DNA from: Phoronis australis
Taxonomy: Eukaryota > Animalia > Phoronida
Assembly (NCBI GenBank): GCA_002633005.1
Contig: NMRA01000028.1
Location: 1,263,556-1,327,555, forward strand
Direction of reading: 5' to 3'
DNA: 64,000 bases
The translations under genes were made by a program, and so were the position numbers. Positions within the stretch are counted from its first letter, which is position 1; every line of letters begins with the position of its first letter. The notes under the pieces are model-generated. The model was not told the origin of the DNA. It ran no database searches and saw only the letters and a program-made list of their open reading frames with translations. Shown here in pieces: positions 29,327 through 43,460 of this stretch.

Positions 29327-30950
29327 TGTTATGACTTATCATGTAGTAGAGTTATGAACATGTATCTCATTTCATACCATTATTCAAGGTTGAGTCGTGG
29401 TACAGACCGAGTAAGAAAATCCGAACTCTTTTAATTTAGCTCGTCGTTTTTCACATAGCGCGGATATCTTTGTGTTATTGTTCACCCGGTAAAATACGAC
29501 ACGTGAAATAATATTGACTATTTGGACAGGTACGAAGGCTAGGTAGAAATTCGATACGCGCTTGAGTTCAGCTTGACCTCGCTCTGTTCTGCCTGAGGGG
29601 TCGAGATCGATGGAGCGCCGTATATTTATCCCAGTATGCGGCGGAACCTGTCGCAAGGAGAGCCACTTACAAAATGCATGCCCTCGGGTGCTCTAAACTT
29701 TCGGGAGTGGTCGGGTCATAAGTTGATTAGCCCAGCTGCAAAATCTTTCCCACGACGTTGCCATGAGTGAACTGTTAGTAAAATGTAGTTTGAACTAATT
29801 TCATACAAACTTTAATTGATGAAAGAAAGAAACGGAATATTTAGTTAAATACCCTGGCCAAGACTGTCCACGTCTCCCGATCGGACGAAATTAGATTAAT
29901 TGAATTTTTCTCCGTCGACAAAAGGTCTCATTTGCGCTAAGACAACGGAAGCTTATCAGGATGAAAGAAAACGTTTATCCTCGAGGGAAATACAGGTGTA
30001 TTTCCCGCAAATCAACCCAGTCGTGGTAATTGACAAGCTGATTGGAATCCGACAACACCGCACCAATATTGAGACACTAACTATTATCATCACTCCTTTG
30101 GCACTTCGACATTTTCAACAGTAACATTCGGACGTCCATTGATTTTGACTCCATGCTTTAATTAAAACAAGTATACGGTGATAATAGGTCTTTCACATGG
30201 TGATCCTAAGTAGCGCTATCTATTGACTAATTGCAGAACCAATACCAACGCCGAACAAGCACAAAAGATGGCAGCACACTACAGCATCGCTTGAACTATC
30301 TTGAGGGTGGCCGGGTTCACTGCTTTTTATATGTTTTTTAGGAAGATTCGTGTTTGGAATATTCGACATGCCCATTGCCTCACGGACCGATTCTTTTATG
30401 GATTTTGTTTACTGCCACAACAGGATTGTATCCCCGGGATTTTAACACTCGCGTATTTTTTTCTTGTAGGCCTTAATTAGGAAGAATCGCAAAACAGAAT
30501 AACCCACTTATAAAATTAGCGTACACTGAGCACATAAGGCTAGAGAATGATATATGTCCGGGTACACGACGATAGTTTTAACGGGTTGGGGCTGCAGATG
30601 GACATTTAAAGTTCCAAATCATTTACAGAATGGACTTAATTGGAAATAAAATCTGAAAGACACCTTTTCGTAAGGAATTTTGTCAGGATAGGCACCATTT
30701 CGTGCGAAAACCGGAAGTCAAAAAACACCCTAACGAGTGACACGTCCCGTATATGGATAGGTGTTATAGAACATCCCATTCGCTTGGGAATGAATTGCGT
30801 TTTCAGAACACTCAACAGAGGACATTTCATAGAGGGGTTTATTTCTAGTCTCCGAAAGATGGCAGTGCTCTTGACAAATTGCAAACTAAAATTGACAGTC
30901 GTCAAGTTCTGAGAGGTTCTCGTCCACGAACCGGCGCACTTGAAACTAAA

Positions 30951-31060
30951 TTAGTCTCTGCCCAGCCGGAGACTTAACGGCTCCAGTCTATTCTGGCTCG
31001 TGATGGTTCATAGAAATGACGGCGAGTAGGACTGGCCCTCCCAGCAACGGCACAGATTAG
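30951..31060. mobile_element. Short TAG-terminal MITE relic (possibly Academ-like)
   Basis: ttagtctctgcc ... ggcacagattag form a 9/12 inverted match. The superfamily is inferred only from the TAG-type terminus. Confidence 0.35.
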
Positions 31061-32699
31061 TTCGTCATCACCGAAACTGTCTTTTCTTTCTAACTATACG
31101 TTGATGTCTGTTACAAGACTGGATTTATAATCTTGCTATCAACATACGGTTTGGCTGCGGTGGTGTTAGTTCGCGGTAAATGCGTCGCATTGGTGCGACA
31201 TCTATCGGGCTAGTCATCTTACTTGACTTTCCAAATAAGAAACTTGATTTTGTCAGGAATTCGACTGCGCGGTGCAGTCTTCAAGCAAGCTAACCTAGAA
31301 TTGCCAAACAACATGTAGAAATTGACAACATTCTGCGAGTACGCTCAAAAATAATTTGGCAATGAGACAATTTACCAGAATGGATTGCAATAGAAGAAAG
31401 GAAATCCAGTTATCAAAAGCAGAAATAATTACTTGGCTTTGCTTTTGATGCCCGATATTACAAGATAAAGTCATGCTTTTTGGTCTGAAAAATGTTACAT
31501 GGGGAGATATATCTGACCGGATATCAGTACGATAATACATGCCAGTGTTGGTTCACGATGTAAATGCAAAGTCTGAAGTAAATATAAAGCAAAGTAAGGA
31601 ATTTGATACCGCCCAAAAGTCTTGCCTTGTTTTAAGAGCACTGTTGAGTTACACTTCTCGTGGGAAGATTTTTTTACGTCTTTAGAAGCTGTCTCGAAAA
31701 CAAAAACAAGAGCAACGTAGAACCTTGACACGCGAACACCGTGTGCATCACGTCCAGCAAATATAGCAAGGTTGACCATTATTTCAAAGTTAACATTCCC
31801 ACTAGAGAAAGCAGTACCAACAATGCTAACATAATCCGCTCCTAACGCTCACACTCAAAGCAAGCTCTACAAGAGTCGAATTCCGCGAACATACATCAAT
31901 CAGTTTGGTAGGTGCCAAGACGAACGTCAAAAAATATTACTGCCAAAGCAAAACGCAGCGCTAATGGCATCTGTCCGAAAATTAGAGGTAGTATTTTCTG
32001 TAATAGAACGTAATTGCTAAATTTGTTAAAAAAGTGGTTTGACATGCAGAGAGATTGACGCCAAAAACTTAAAACTGTCACTGGTGTGTGCAGTACAATT
32101 CACATTTGTCCGAACATTGACAGGTGCTATGCCAAACAAACATACGAGCAATGTTTCATAACTATTTCTTACACGGTTCCATTGATACAGCGGGGGCTGC
32201 AGAAAAAGAAATGGCCGCAAGGGGCACGACATTCACATGACCCGTTCAATAACTGATATGGAGAAATTTGGCAAATTTTGTGAAGTTCCGTCACATGACT
32301 CGGCGGTTAGAAACAGAAAAAAATTCAAATTCCCCAAGCACACGCCACAAGAGTCAGTTTAATCATAAGTGGTCTAAATCAAAAACGATTTTTATAAAAG
32401 GCAGGTTTCGAACCGCTTTAAATTTCAGATACCCAACAGAACGTCGTGGATATTGAAGGAGACGCAAGTTAGCATTAAATCACCACAAGGGGGCGCCATA
32501 GAAAATAAAGTCGGCTATACCTTTTTCAAAGGGACACACCTGCCATCTTTCATTATGATTCTTTAAGCAGTTTCGTGGACAGGGAAGAGGGCGACAAAAT
32601 GACGCGGCATAAGTCAAATCCCTATCAAACGAGGCAGTTGATATCGTCTCCGTAATATAGCGGTACCTAAATTTCATGAACATCTATCAAGGAACTTCC

Positions 32700-33342
32700 C
32701 TGTTGACCATTTTTTATTTTTGAGTATGCATTTGGCTTCGACGCCTCTATCAGCGTAACCCGCCGCTTTAAGAATTATTACCAAAATCAGCATGTCGGCG
32801 TGTTCTTAGTGAGAAGAGCACGGCTGGTGTTACTTTTTGGTTTGTTTCGACTACTGTGGCGCCCCCTAGAAATAGTTTTTGCCTGAGGCTCGATATCTAC
32901 AAAGTTCCATCCGAGGCTTCATGAAATTTGGTATTGGTGTCTCCAGTGACGAGTCTCGGTGGGTCCCTACGTGCCTAACGACCACCTAGTGGTAAGCAGG
33001 GAACCAGCGTGGTGACGAGTCTGACTTCTATGGCGTCCCCTAGTGTCAATTTTGATTTTCTATACGCATCCCTAAACATCTACCAAGTTCCGCAGAATAG
33101 GTGGAGTCCGTGTCTCTTTCACAAAAACCTATGTGGCAAACGTCATGAAAATTCCCCAATCTACTCGGGGAATACAGAGGAAAACGGAAAAAAAAAGAAA
33201 TTGTCCGACACCGCGAAAATTTGCTTGTGTCGCCCCATCCAGGATAGGACTATCTGGAGATGGAACAGCGGACGCTGGACGTCGGACGGACGGAAATGAC
33301 GACAATAGGTGCCCACATTTGTATACGTGGACGCATAAAAGG
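32700..33342 (+). mobile_element. Helentron-associated non-autonomous element (HINE / DINE-1 / pearl-like)
   Basis: ACGG/GGAC microsatellite (cggacgctggacgtcggacggacgg, 33269-33293), then a short stem-loop (tgcccac...gtggacgca, 33310-33335) and an A-rich end. Internal atgaaatttggta and gcgccccctag blocks. Left boundary approximate. Confidence 0.6.
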
Positions 33343-33564
33343 GATCAGATATAATCATTTTCACATAATATTCTGCTCGTTGAATCGTAACATGTACAGT
33401 GTTCTAACTTCAGTGAAAGGAACATTTTCAGAAATTTTACATTGTACTTTTCATTAACGTCATTGTAGTTCTGAAGTTATGAATCACGTGACAATCGACT
33501 TTGAAGGAATAAAGACACATGCTCATTAGGACTTCATTCAGTCGGATACAACACAAGGACGACG

Positions 33565-33596
33565 CTTGAAAAATATCAAGCTTGAAAAATATCAAC
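33565..33596. repeat. Tandem duplication, 16 bp x 2 (gcttgaaaaatatcaa)
   Basis: Read directly. Confidence 0.9.
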
Positions 33597-36500
33597 CTAA
33601 GTAAGCTGTCGAAGAATACTGATTTCAAACACAATATCGAAAAATTGCCCCTTACCTTGAGTGTCTAACATGGAGTTGACAACAAAACATGCTCTTACGT
33701 AGAGATTATTACAGATAAATGAACCCTTGTTGGCTAATCGTTTCGTTGACAGCAAGCCAATTACTTTATGCGGTCATGGTATCACGTTTAATTAATACAA
33801 TAAGGAAATTTGAAAAAGATTGCAATAGAATCAATAGTCCACCATCCCGTTTATAAATAACACAGCTCCCGTATCCAGTATTTCAAAGGCCCCTTAGTGA
33901 CTCGTTTATCACCAGGGTGGAGATGGTACTAATTGTTAAACGACATATTGACGCATTTGGCCTCCACAATGATGAGGACACAAGCAAGACACGCAAGTGA
34001 CGTGTAAAGAAACACAATTCTAGGACTCAAAAAACTAAAACAAACGAGTTTACTCACGTGACGTTAGTCAAACAGGTCGTGTACTTAAAAACGCCTTAGA
34101 ACGAAATGAGAGACGATATTCCTCGACAGATCTCTTGTCTAATTCACGCCGTTCCTAAAGGATAACATGGCGGCTGTAGGTCCTTTGAAAAACTAGCAAG
34201 TGTTACTTGTGTTAGCCCGTTTAAACATTTCAGCTGGCGCACAATGAAAAATGAGACAAATCCACTCCTGAAAGGCATCTCTTGAAAAGAACTTTTAGTT
34301 TTCAACTATCTTAATGTGACCGGTTCATTGAATAGCGGACCCAAGGCGGGCCGAATACTAATAAAGATTATTGTTGCCCGTGAAAAGCCTCATTAATAGT
34401 AAATACATAAATAAAATTATCAGCCAAGAGTCTATTATCGTACTGTTGTCATTCGTACATAATAGAAAACTGAACGGCGGTTATAACGTTTTCACCTAGA
34501 CTATCTGGAACAATACACCCTTTCTACGCTTCACAATGAGGCGACAATTCAACTTTCATTTAGGTCGTGGTTGATGACTTAAATGTCACATACATCCCGC
34601 GTCTTTAGAAAAAACACAAAAGCTTCAGAAACCTGAACAATAAAGGCACAAAAATGGTTGCTAGGTTACATGAGACACATTAAGTAGTTAAGTAAAGCGA
34701 GAAGTGCACAAAAAGATTAATCACATGATCATTTCAACTTCATGGTAAAAGCTAACAAGAAAACGACAATAGACAAGGGATTGCTCGGGATAGGTATTGA
34801 GAAGCATCCAAAGGTCTTAAACTTTGAATCAGGTCAGAAAGTAGGCGCAAAATTACATCAAAAATTTTCACACGATTATTGTTGCAAGGTTTTCACTATA
34901 TATTCCTTGGCGGGGTAACTTCAACACATTGTGGCCTCAAAACTGTGTATGTGTTATAGTTTCCGTGTAAAGCGTTTCCTCACTTCCGTCAGCTTTCATG
35001 ACTTCAAGTAAAAATCTGTACGATGTCATGGATTTACCGTCCTTTTGATGTCGCAGCCGGCAAAAGATACCCGCGGCGACCAAGGACTTTACCTCTAACA
35101 GGTGGCGCTGTTGGTACCGATGTTGTGACTTGAGTGAATTTTCAGAGAATATCAAAGCGTTTTCCTGGTGATAATGATTCGTTGCAGACGCCTATCCCAA
35201 ATTTATTTTTGGCAATGAACATCGCTGCGCCAGTATTATCAAACGATTCCATTTTGCCTCGCTTTTGATATACTTGGGCTGTTAGACATGGGGATGGACT
35301 CATAACCATTCTAGGCCTATATGAGATTGAAGAGGCCGCCACCGTGACGTTTTTCAATGTCTGTCTGTTTCACTAGTATGTCATGCAGAATGCGTCATTT
35401 AAAACGTTTAGCAATCAAATAAAGAAAAATTTCCATTTGACCTTAACAGGAAAAGCGAAAACATTTGATCCGTGCTGCATTTATTTGAAAAGACCGATGA
35501 TTGAGCGAACGCGGAGAAAAAAATCCGTTTTCATGACGTCAATGACTGGGTGTCCTTACTTTAAACTACCAGGAAAAACGTTGCAGTGGCAATATGTAAC
35601 CTTCCACCTTGGTGAAGGAAACGTTTGTGCTTTTCCAAAAAACAGGATATCAACAACATGTAGAAATCTACGTTCTCACAACGCCACCTACATGCAAAAA
35701 GTGCTGTATGTTTGAATGCCATAATGCTTAATAGATTATTAGTAGCAAAGTTTGGGTGAGGATCCGTGAATTTTTACCTATTGAACGTTATGCATTGCGC
35801 TCTTACGGAAACAAGGTTTAACTTCCACTCTTGGGTATTCGCCATATACCATAGCTTCTCAAGGGCAGATGCTATTTAAAAAGGTCGAAAATTATGTTTA
35901 GAATACACGTTTAGTAGAAAGTTTTGTTCCAGAATTTAACAGACTATTTACAAAAAAACTCTTGATTCTCGGCTATAAAGAAAACTAGGAACGACAACCG
36001 AATTATAATTGTTCTCCACGACCTGTTTGGACTCGACGCGGCAACGATTTTAAATTTTGCCGCGTCGGGTTTGGAGAATGCGCGTCGAGTTTGAAAAGTG
36101 CCGCGCCAAGTTAAAACTTTGGATGGCTTGGCACTTTTGCCCTCAGAATCAACAATGAGGGTGAATTAGACAACATCAGACATAGTTCCTAATATATGAC
36201 CTAATTTTTGTAATATTAGAGAGTAAATTATTGAAGAAATTCTTTTTCTAACATAATTTTATGGTGTCAGCTAAATTACCTTAATAATTGACTAGCCAGC
36301 AATATTATTTTAACATTAAAATTTTGCACTTAAACCTGTAAGTTAACAATTTGATATGCTTAATTTAAAGGATTTTGATTTTGACTGACATTTGGTGGCG
36401 AATTAGAGCTTATTCAACTGGACAACAGGTGTCCCTAAATACTAGGTCACATCGTTAGTAGTATTTAATAAGTAGAATTGATACTAGAATTGACATTTTT

Positions 36501-39214
36501 ATTAAGAAAAGAAATTATAATCTTTAGGTTGATTTTTTGAGTCTGTCATAAATGGTTTAGAGGACTTATGGTGAAAAATTGGTAGGAAAGTCAAAAAGTA
36601 GGTCACACCACTTCAGTATACACTTTGAAAACGTATATAAATACACAGTGACCTTGTTATTAGAGAAAGAAGTGTTTATTACTAACAAAAATATTTGCGT
36701 CGAGTTTGGAACTTTTGTTGTGGAGAAGGTGTCAGACAGAAGACACCGTTCAACTAGTTATTATCTTTACGGGAAGGCACCGGGAAAAGGGAACTGCGGA
36801 GCCCAGGAATTTTGAACCTGAGGAATTTCGGACGAAAGCACACAATAACATTGATCATGAAAAACATGATAGCGTCCGTAGGAACATTGAGACGGGAATA
36901 TCACTGAGTTGAGGAACAGTAGGCAGGAAGAGGGTACCGAGATATACCTGTAGGGATACGAAGGAAAGGTAACCATCAGTTTTTCACACTACAGAAGAAA
37001 ATGCCTTTGGTCTCAAAACTGAGGTTAAAATGAATTTTGCTACATTGATGAAAATCGTTTACAAATAGTCACTGTTGGGAAAGCATGCAAGTGAGATGCT
37101 TTCATTGTTTAGGATGAATACCAGCAGAACTGGATAGCTACCGATTTGCCAGATTATAAGTTTCATTTTTCATCATTCAAAGACCTGTGCCAACATTTAG
37201 CAATTGCTGAATTTTTGTTGTTGCTCAGTTTTATAATATGTCCAGTGACAACGAAGTCCTGGTGACGTCAGAGACCAGATATGACCATGGAACTAATAAG
37301 GTCACACGAACTAATGACACTCATGGTCTTGATCTTCTAAAAAGACATTCTTCAGACAATCGTTGATTTCTGCTCTCGTTACTTGCAATAGTAGCAGATT
37401 AACGCAAGATTTAAAATGCATGTAACATTCACCCACAACACCGCATGGTGGAGCCAGACATATAGAATTGTTCCGCATCTTCTCAATTCTGAGTTTGTGA
37501 TTGGATAAATAGGCACAATACAGCGCCACATGTTGCTCAATAATGGCTTATTAGAAGGCATAAAAAGCTGCTTCATTATAAAATAATACAACTTAAAATA
37601 TGTTTTTTTTCAAATATCAGATGTCTTGAGATATATCTTGCCACACAGGAAAAACGACCCGACACGATCATGGCACGAAAACAATGAAGCTACGACCCAC
37701 AACCTATTTGGGGACACGACCGTTTGTGTAATTTATCCCGTGAATTTTTCCGGAACTAGTTCTGGGATTTCAAAATACACGGGAACGACACTAAAACCTT
37801 GGTCTATCCTAGTCACATGGCGGCGCTGCGGAGGAAACCAAAATGGTTGAACCCGATCAGTGCGTGTTTACTACATTTTTCGTTTTCAAAAATACTCCCT
37901 GCCGCATGAGATGACCTGCTTCTCGAGATGTTTATGCCTGTGCCGACACGGATCATTGTTCGGTCACTGTCACTATGTCACTATTTCGGTTGTTGAATAC
38001 GGTCGAGCGATTAATCACTGATGTCAAATGCCATTCACGCACAGTTAACTTCCAGCCGATAGTAAGGAACAGCTGAAGTGTTAAGATCGTGAGTATTGGT
38101 CTGTGTTACTGAGATTGGTACGTGTAAGTGTATGCAGCGCTCTCTACGGGCCAGAAACGAGCAGACGGAGTAGACGTAAGTGGAGTGATGGACGCATCCC
38201 AGGGGTTGTCTGCTGCTGATGAGTGACATTTCCACGGTCAGTTTCATCCGAAAAGGTGTCTTTTCCGACAAAATTATCTGCGAAATGAAGGTGCCTTTCC
38301 TAGTCGATTTCCGGCCTTACAAAGAGGTTCAATTCCGGAGTTAGAAATCTACAAAAGGATACCATTTCCGACCACTGCAAGTATATAAAGAAGGGTTTTC
38401 ATTTTTTAAAATCTTTAATTGTAAGACACCTCGATTTTTTACAACAGGGCATCTATTCTTATACTGGATTAAAAAGAACATGGCATAGTGTCCAAGATGG
38501 AATCAATCCTTAAGACGTATGAATTTAACCTCTACAAAGGGCGTGTGATTCTCGACCAAGATTCTTCGAAAAATTGGCTTTTCTTGAAATATTGTCCATA
38601 AATGCGACCCCTTTAAGGGTATCCTAATTTTCCAACTGCATCTTCCTCAAAATGTTGTCGATTATACTCCTGGAGGTGCAGTAAAATTCAAGATTTCTAG
38701 GCATATGCAGTTACCCAAAAAGGTTCATAGCACACTCGTAATAGACCCTTCTTGAATGAGCGCTCCTCTTTAATGGAGGTAACAAAATTAATTGTATATC
38801 TGGCTTACTTTTCAAACTTTCGAGCACTGATTCCTGAGGTGATTACTGGTATCAGGAAGAGATAACCATGATTATCTCTTCTTGCTGGTATGTATAGAAC
38901 GTCAAAACTGCGCCTTGCCAAACCTGAACCCGAGAGACGACGCGTCTCTGGAGGGCACAGAGTGGCGAATGTCAGTACATTTTTTGTAAAATGATGATAA
39001 GCACTGCAGCAGTGAACATGATCCGTCGAACTATTGCTCTTGCTGGGTAAGTACTGCCGAACCACTGAGGGCGCTGTGGTATTTGGAGATTAGCTTTCAC
39101 TTATGTTTGCGCCAAACATAATGTTATGTAGGACTTCACCGATAAGCGAATTTAGTCAAATATCTACAAATCTAGAGATTTTATCACAATAAAAGTATAT
39201 CTTTAAGAAAACAA

Positions 39215-39590
39215 AAAAGCATGTTGAATTTTACTTTTTGATTTTTTCCAGTCTGCCCTTAATTGGGTCACGTCTTTTTACAAAAAATAGCAAAAAAGAA
39301 AGGTATATTGATAGCAAGACAACGGTATCAATAACATGACTAAATTTCATTTTAAAAAATGTTTAACACGAAACCTCAAAAGCAATGTTAAAGTTTTCGA
39401 TACTATCACTTCTTGTTATTTTATGCAACTTTAAAATTTTCGCGAATATTAAAAAGTCATTTGTATAACAGCCCTTCCTGCAAAAGTGGGACACTTTTAA
39501 AATAGTTCTGATCAGGCATTTTTGACGTTCCAAGTTAGCCAAATTTGGACATTTTTGTAGCGTCACCAACAGCACAAATCTGCTTTAAGC
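39215..39590 (+). mobile_element. Family A copy
   Basis: gaattttactttttg...ctgcccttaattgggtcacgt, cttcctgcaaaagtgggacac and gttccaagttagccaaatttggacatttttg match blocks at 50170-50560 and 63470-63700. Confidence 0.7.
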
Positions 39591-41984
39591 TAAACAGTTT
39601 AGTGACCACACACTCCAACCGTTACCAACTCGGAAATCGTAACGTTTACATTCAGTTTCCATTAAATATTCTTAAATTTTCATGATGTTCGTTAAAGATG
39701 TTCGTTAATGTTAATTAAACAGTTGCTTAAACATAATATAATGGTCCGAATGTTCAGTAAGTCTTTACGGACCTGCGTGTCTATTAAATGCTAATCCTAG
39801 CCTTTTTGAGTGCCATTTTTGAAAAAATGATAAACCTTAAGTGATCGTAAGTCCTATACGATGTCTTGTCTTTTCTAGCAACATTTCCAAAAAGTACATG
39901 AACCAAGAAAATTTCTTAGCGAGAGCATCTCGAACACGTTGTACACGATGTACGTAAAAGGTTATCACTTTTTCCTGCAAATCACGTTCCATCTACCGAT
40001 TGTTTCAAAAATATTTTCGAAGTAACCGTTCGAGCAATAACTGAACAGTTCGGTGGGTGAACAGCTACTGAGAGTTTTGCTTACACAGTATTTACTATAC
40101 TAAATACTATTTACTTAAAATTCGATCAACAGAATGTGGAGATAAGATTTGAGTGGAAATAACCTGAGAACCACGAAACCCCAACTCGACACCTATCAAT
40201 AAAATTCGCCTTTTTATTTTTTATCATCGCAGTTGTATTTAAAATAAATCCAGTCCGATTATCTGTACCATTTATATTCACATCCAGAAAATTTGTTGGG
40301 TAGAAAATGTGACCAGATACATGGCATACTATCTTGGGTTCTTTGCGTTGTAGTTGACAGAATGTAACATTGTGGTCAGGGCTTCATTCACATAGCAAAT
40401 GCTTGATCTTAAACATGGATTCTTTAGTTAATGAAAGTAAACTGAGTGAAACCGTCTGTCGCCATCCATGCATGTTTCTGCGTCAATGAGCTCGACTTGT
40501 TTTTGTCAGTTGGCTCACGTAACTTGCACAATAATGTCAACCCACTATACGCAAAGTAATCACGGATGTTAACCCTTTAATGATGGATTAATTCCTCTGT
40601 GCATTTCATTCATTAAACAAAGCAGTTGAGCACTCCCTAACGCGAACGTCGTTCCTCCAATGCAGGGCAGTCTGCAGGGGACGTGCATCGTTCATGACGT
40701 CACAATGATTGGTCGCTTGAGAGAAATGGTGTAATCACATGCAGCCATCAGGATGATAAACTAATATTTACGTCCTGGTATTTTGTTCAGGAAAATATTG
40801 AATTGCGCCAATAATACCAAAGAGTACCAGATCGTAAAATAAAATACACCGCATTTGTGTCCAACAAATAAAAGTAAAGTAACTAACTCCACAAAATTTG
40901 AAAACGATTATAAATGAAAGGGTAAAAAAAACCCAAAGAAATGTGTAATAAAAACAGATACGAACCACATTCTCACGTTGACAGGTTTATAACGTCATCA
41001 TTTCCTGTTTGGATTTTCATAATTAAAAGTCTCTTTCCCTTCCAAAGCGCTAAATGTCATTTGCTTGAGCTCAAACGTGTAGCATTTAACAACAAAACTG
41101 TTAACATTTTTTATTGAACACGTCAGTTTTCTGTACAATAATTCCAAATAAATTGTATTTTGAAGAGCACTCCGAGGACCATTTTGACCAGTAGCTTTTG
41201 AATATTTCATAAACTCTCCACACGCGCGTCGAGCCTTAACGATAGCTAAAAACAATAAGTTGTAACTCGATGAGTTGAAAATCCTCGTGTGACACGTGTG
41301 TTAGACAATTGGTTCTGAAGCATTATTCCTGTGAACAGCAGATCAAAACACTAGACAGCGAATTTGCAATAACTGCGTTGTTCAGCAAGATTCGTACAGT
41401 GAAGCACAAAACAGTTTTGGCGGGAAATCGATATGCCGTTTAAAGACCTGTCAATTGAAAGTTGCATAAACATCCATCTGACAGATTTTCCACTTCACCA
41501 TTTTCTCGTAACATGTAGGTTGCATGTAAATCGGGATTTGTTTTCAACTAGAAAAGGCTATTCCGCCAGGTGGCATTGCCTAACCTAATGGTTTCATATT
41601 ATATTTAAAAATGACGCTTTTTGCTCCTTCATTACAACCTAGACATGGAATTCGTGCAGTAGCCCGACAAATTTCAAACTCACTGGCTTAAAAAAATTCC
41701 TTGCTATGGTAACAACTGATTTCTGCCTTTGAAAGGAGTCGACAGTTCCCCTTGGAAGGGTTGGACAACCAGGCTCTCAAAACGAACGGTCTTTAGACAT
41801 AGTTTTTGCCAACTTGCCGATGCCCTGAATTACCGATCGATACCGAAAATCTGTTTATGTTTTGGAAAGTCTTGAGACATATCCTGTCTTAGTCTTCTGT
41901 GTAAACCTGGTTTGTAGTTTGCGTTTTAACTGATAACTAAGGAGATGTCGATTTAAGGTGACATTTACGGCGAGAAATTTAGAT

Positions 41985-42050
41985 CAGGACGAATTCGAAT
42001 TCCTGACCTCAGAGGTCGCAGTCCGATGCTTTGCGAGAGGAGCTAAACTC
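41985..42050 (-). mobile_element. Degenerate tRNA-derived SINE head (not a functional tRNA)
   Basis: Minus strand reads gagtttagctcctctcgcaaagcatcggactgcgacctctgaggtcaggaattcgaattc: a decayed A-box (TAGCTC...AAAGC) and B-box-like GGAATTCGAATTC at tRNA spacing. Confidence 0.45.
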
Positions 42051-43263
42051 TCTATCTCGGTCTGTAGTCACTGGCCCGGATCTCATTGAATGTCAGGCAG
42101 TCAACGGTTAAATTGTCGATTTGTAATAAAAACACACAGTGGCTTCTGCTGTTTTATAGATTTGGTCAAAGCTATGGCGTCTATTCCATCCAACAAAAAT
42201 ACCAAAACGCGTTTGTCGGCCCTAAAACCGATTACGTCGAATAAACCCGTATAACATATGGGAAAAGTTAATGAAGCTCGTTGTGCCTGCTCTCCGGATG
42301 GAGAGCAACTCACGAGCAGTGTGCAGGCATTTCTACATATACGGAAATTCGTGGAATATTCTAAGTAGCATTATCTCCTGCCGACTGGGCTAGAAATCAC
42401 TTAGTACTCACACATCAATAACACCACGAACCCTGCTTTGAGCCCAGCACAATAGCTCTGTGGAAAGCCTTGTTTGCTCAGCGTATCATTACCGCTTCTA
42501 AACTAGGAGCCCTGAATAGAACACTACACAAAATTGGCAAAATATTTCAATAAAATATTTATTTTTCTATTTAGTAACCCACATAATACAGAAGTGTCAA
42601 TAAACAGTGTAAGAGCGCGCGCCGCCTCATTCACCAACGCATTGATTCCGTGTTGAATTTTACAAAAAGCCCAGTCTGAACGCAGGTAACAACAAACATT
42701 ACAAGAGAATGGCCCGACAATATGGGCTCCTCACAGTGAACACCAAGATACAGGTCTTGACTACGAGATTTAGATCTTTCCTAAGAATTATCACCTAGTA
42801 AGGGAAATATCGAATATAAAGTTCGACAACACGCAAAGTGATTGTGCTAAAACATATTTCATTACAAAGTCTACGTGAAAGGCTTTTCTAGATAGCGGAA
42901 CAGTGTATCGCCATGGTTTCTTATTTGTAAGCACATAGTACGTCCACGAGCGACTCAGGTTTCTACTTCATATAATTCCTATCCCCTTGGTTGCTCAACA
43001 TATCCATAGGCTATGAATCGCCTTTGAGAGTTAAAGAAGGAATTCATGAAGCCGTGTAGTTACAATGTTATCGCATTTTTACTCTTTAGGAATGTCTCCT
43101 TCATTTTGTGCTATGTTTAAGAGGAATCAATTCTGATAACATTCCTAGTAGAATTCTTTACACTTACTGAATCGTTTAAAGAGAAAAGAGTTACCGGTAT
43201 TAAAAGTTTTGCAACCTGTGCGACCTATCCCAACCGTGTTCCCTTTTCTGTTGGGATACATCC

Positions 43264-43460
43264 CAGTGGCGGATTTAAGGGGGGGGGGGGGCAAGGGGGC
43301 CNCCAGTGGCGGATTTAAGGGGGGGGGGGCAAGGGGGCCATGCCCCAACCACAATTCTCTTAGATTCCATTTGGTAGTACGGGGTACGAATGTCTGACTG
43401 GGAAACTCCTGGCTAATACTCTGCCCTGGCCATTCCCTCAGAATGCTAGATCCGCCCCTG
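43264..43460. mobile_element. MITE with CAGTGGCGGAT...ATCCGCCCCTG TIRs and imperfect 5-bp TSD (hAT5-like)
   Basis: TIRs read directly; flanks catcc / tatcc. The left end is duplicated around an N at 43302. Confidence 0.85.

Noticed and set aside
38035-38290. Minus-strand coding exon after acceptor cttcatttcgcag
   Set aside because: Neither open frame is convincingly protein-like and no partner exon could be linked.
41985-42050. Functional tRNA gene
   Set aside because: A and B boxes are decayed and no intact cloverleaf is evident; treated as a SINE relic.
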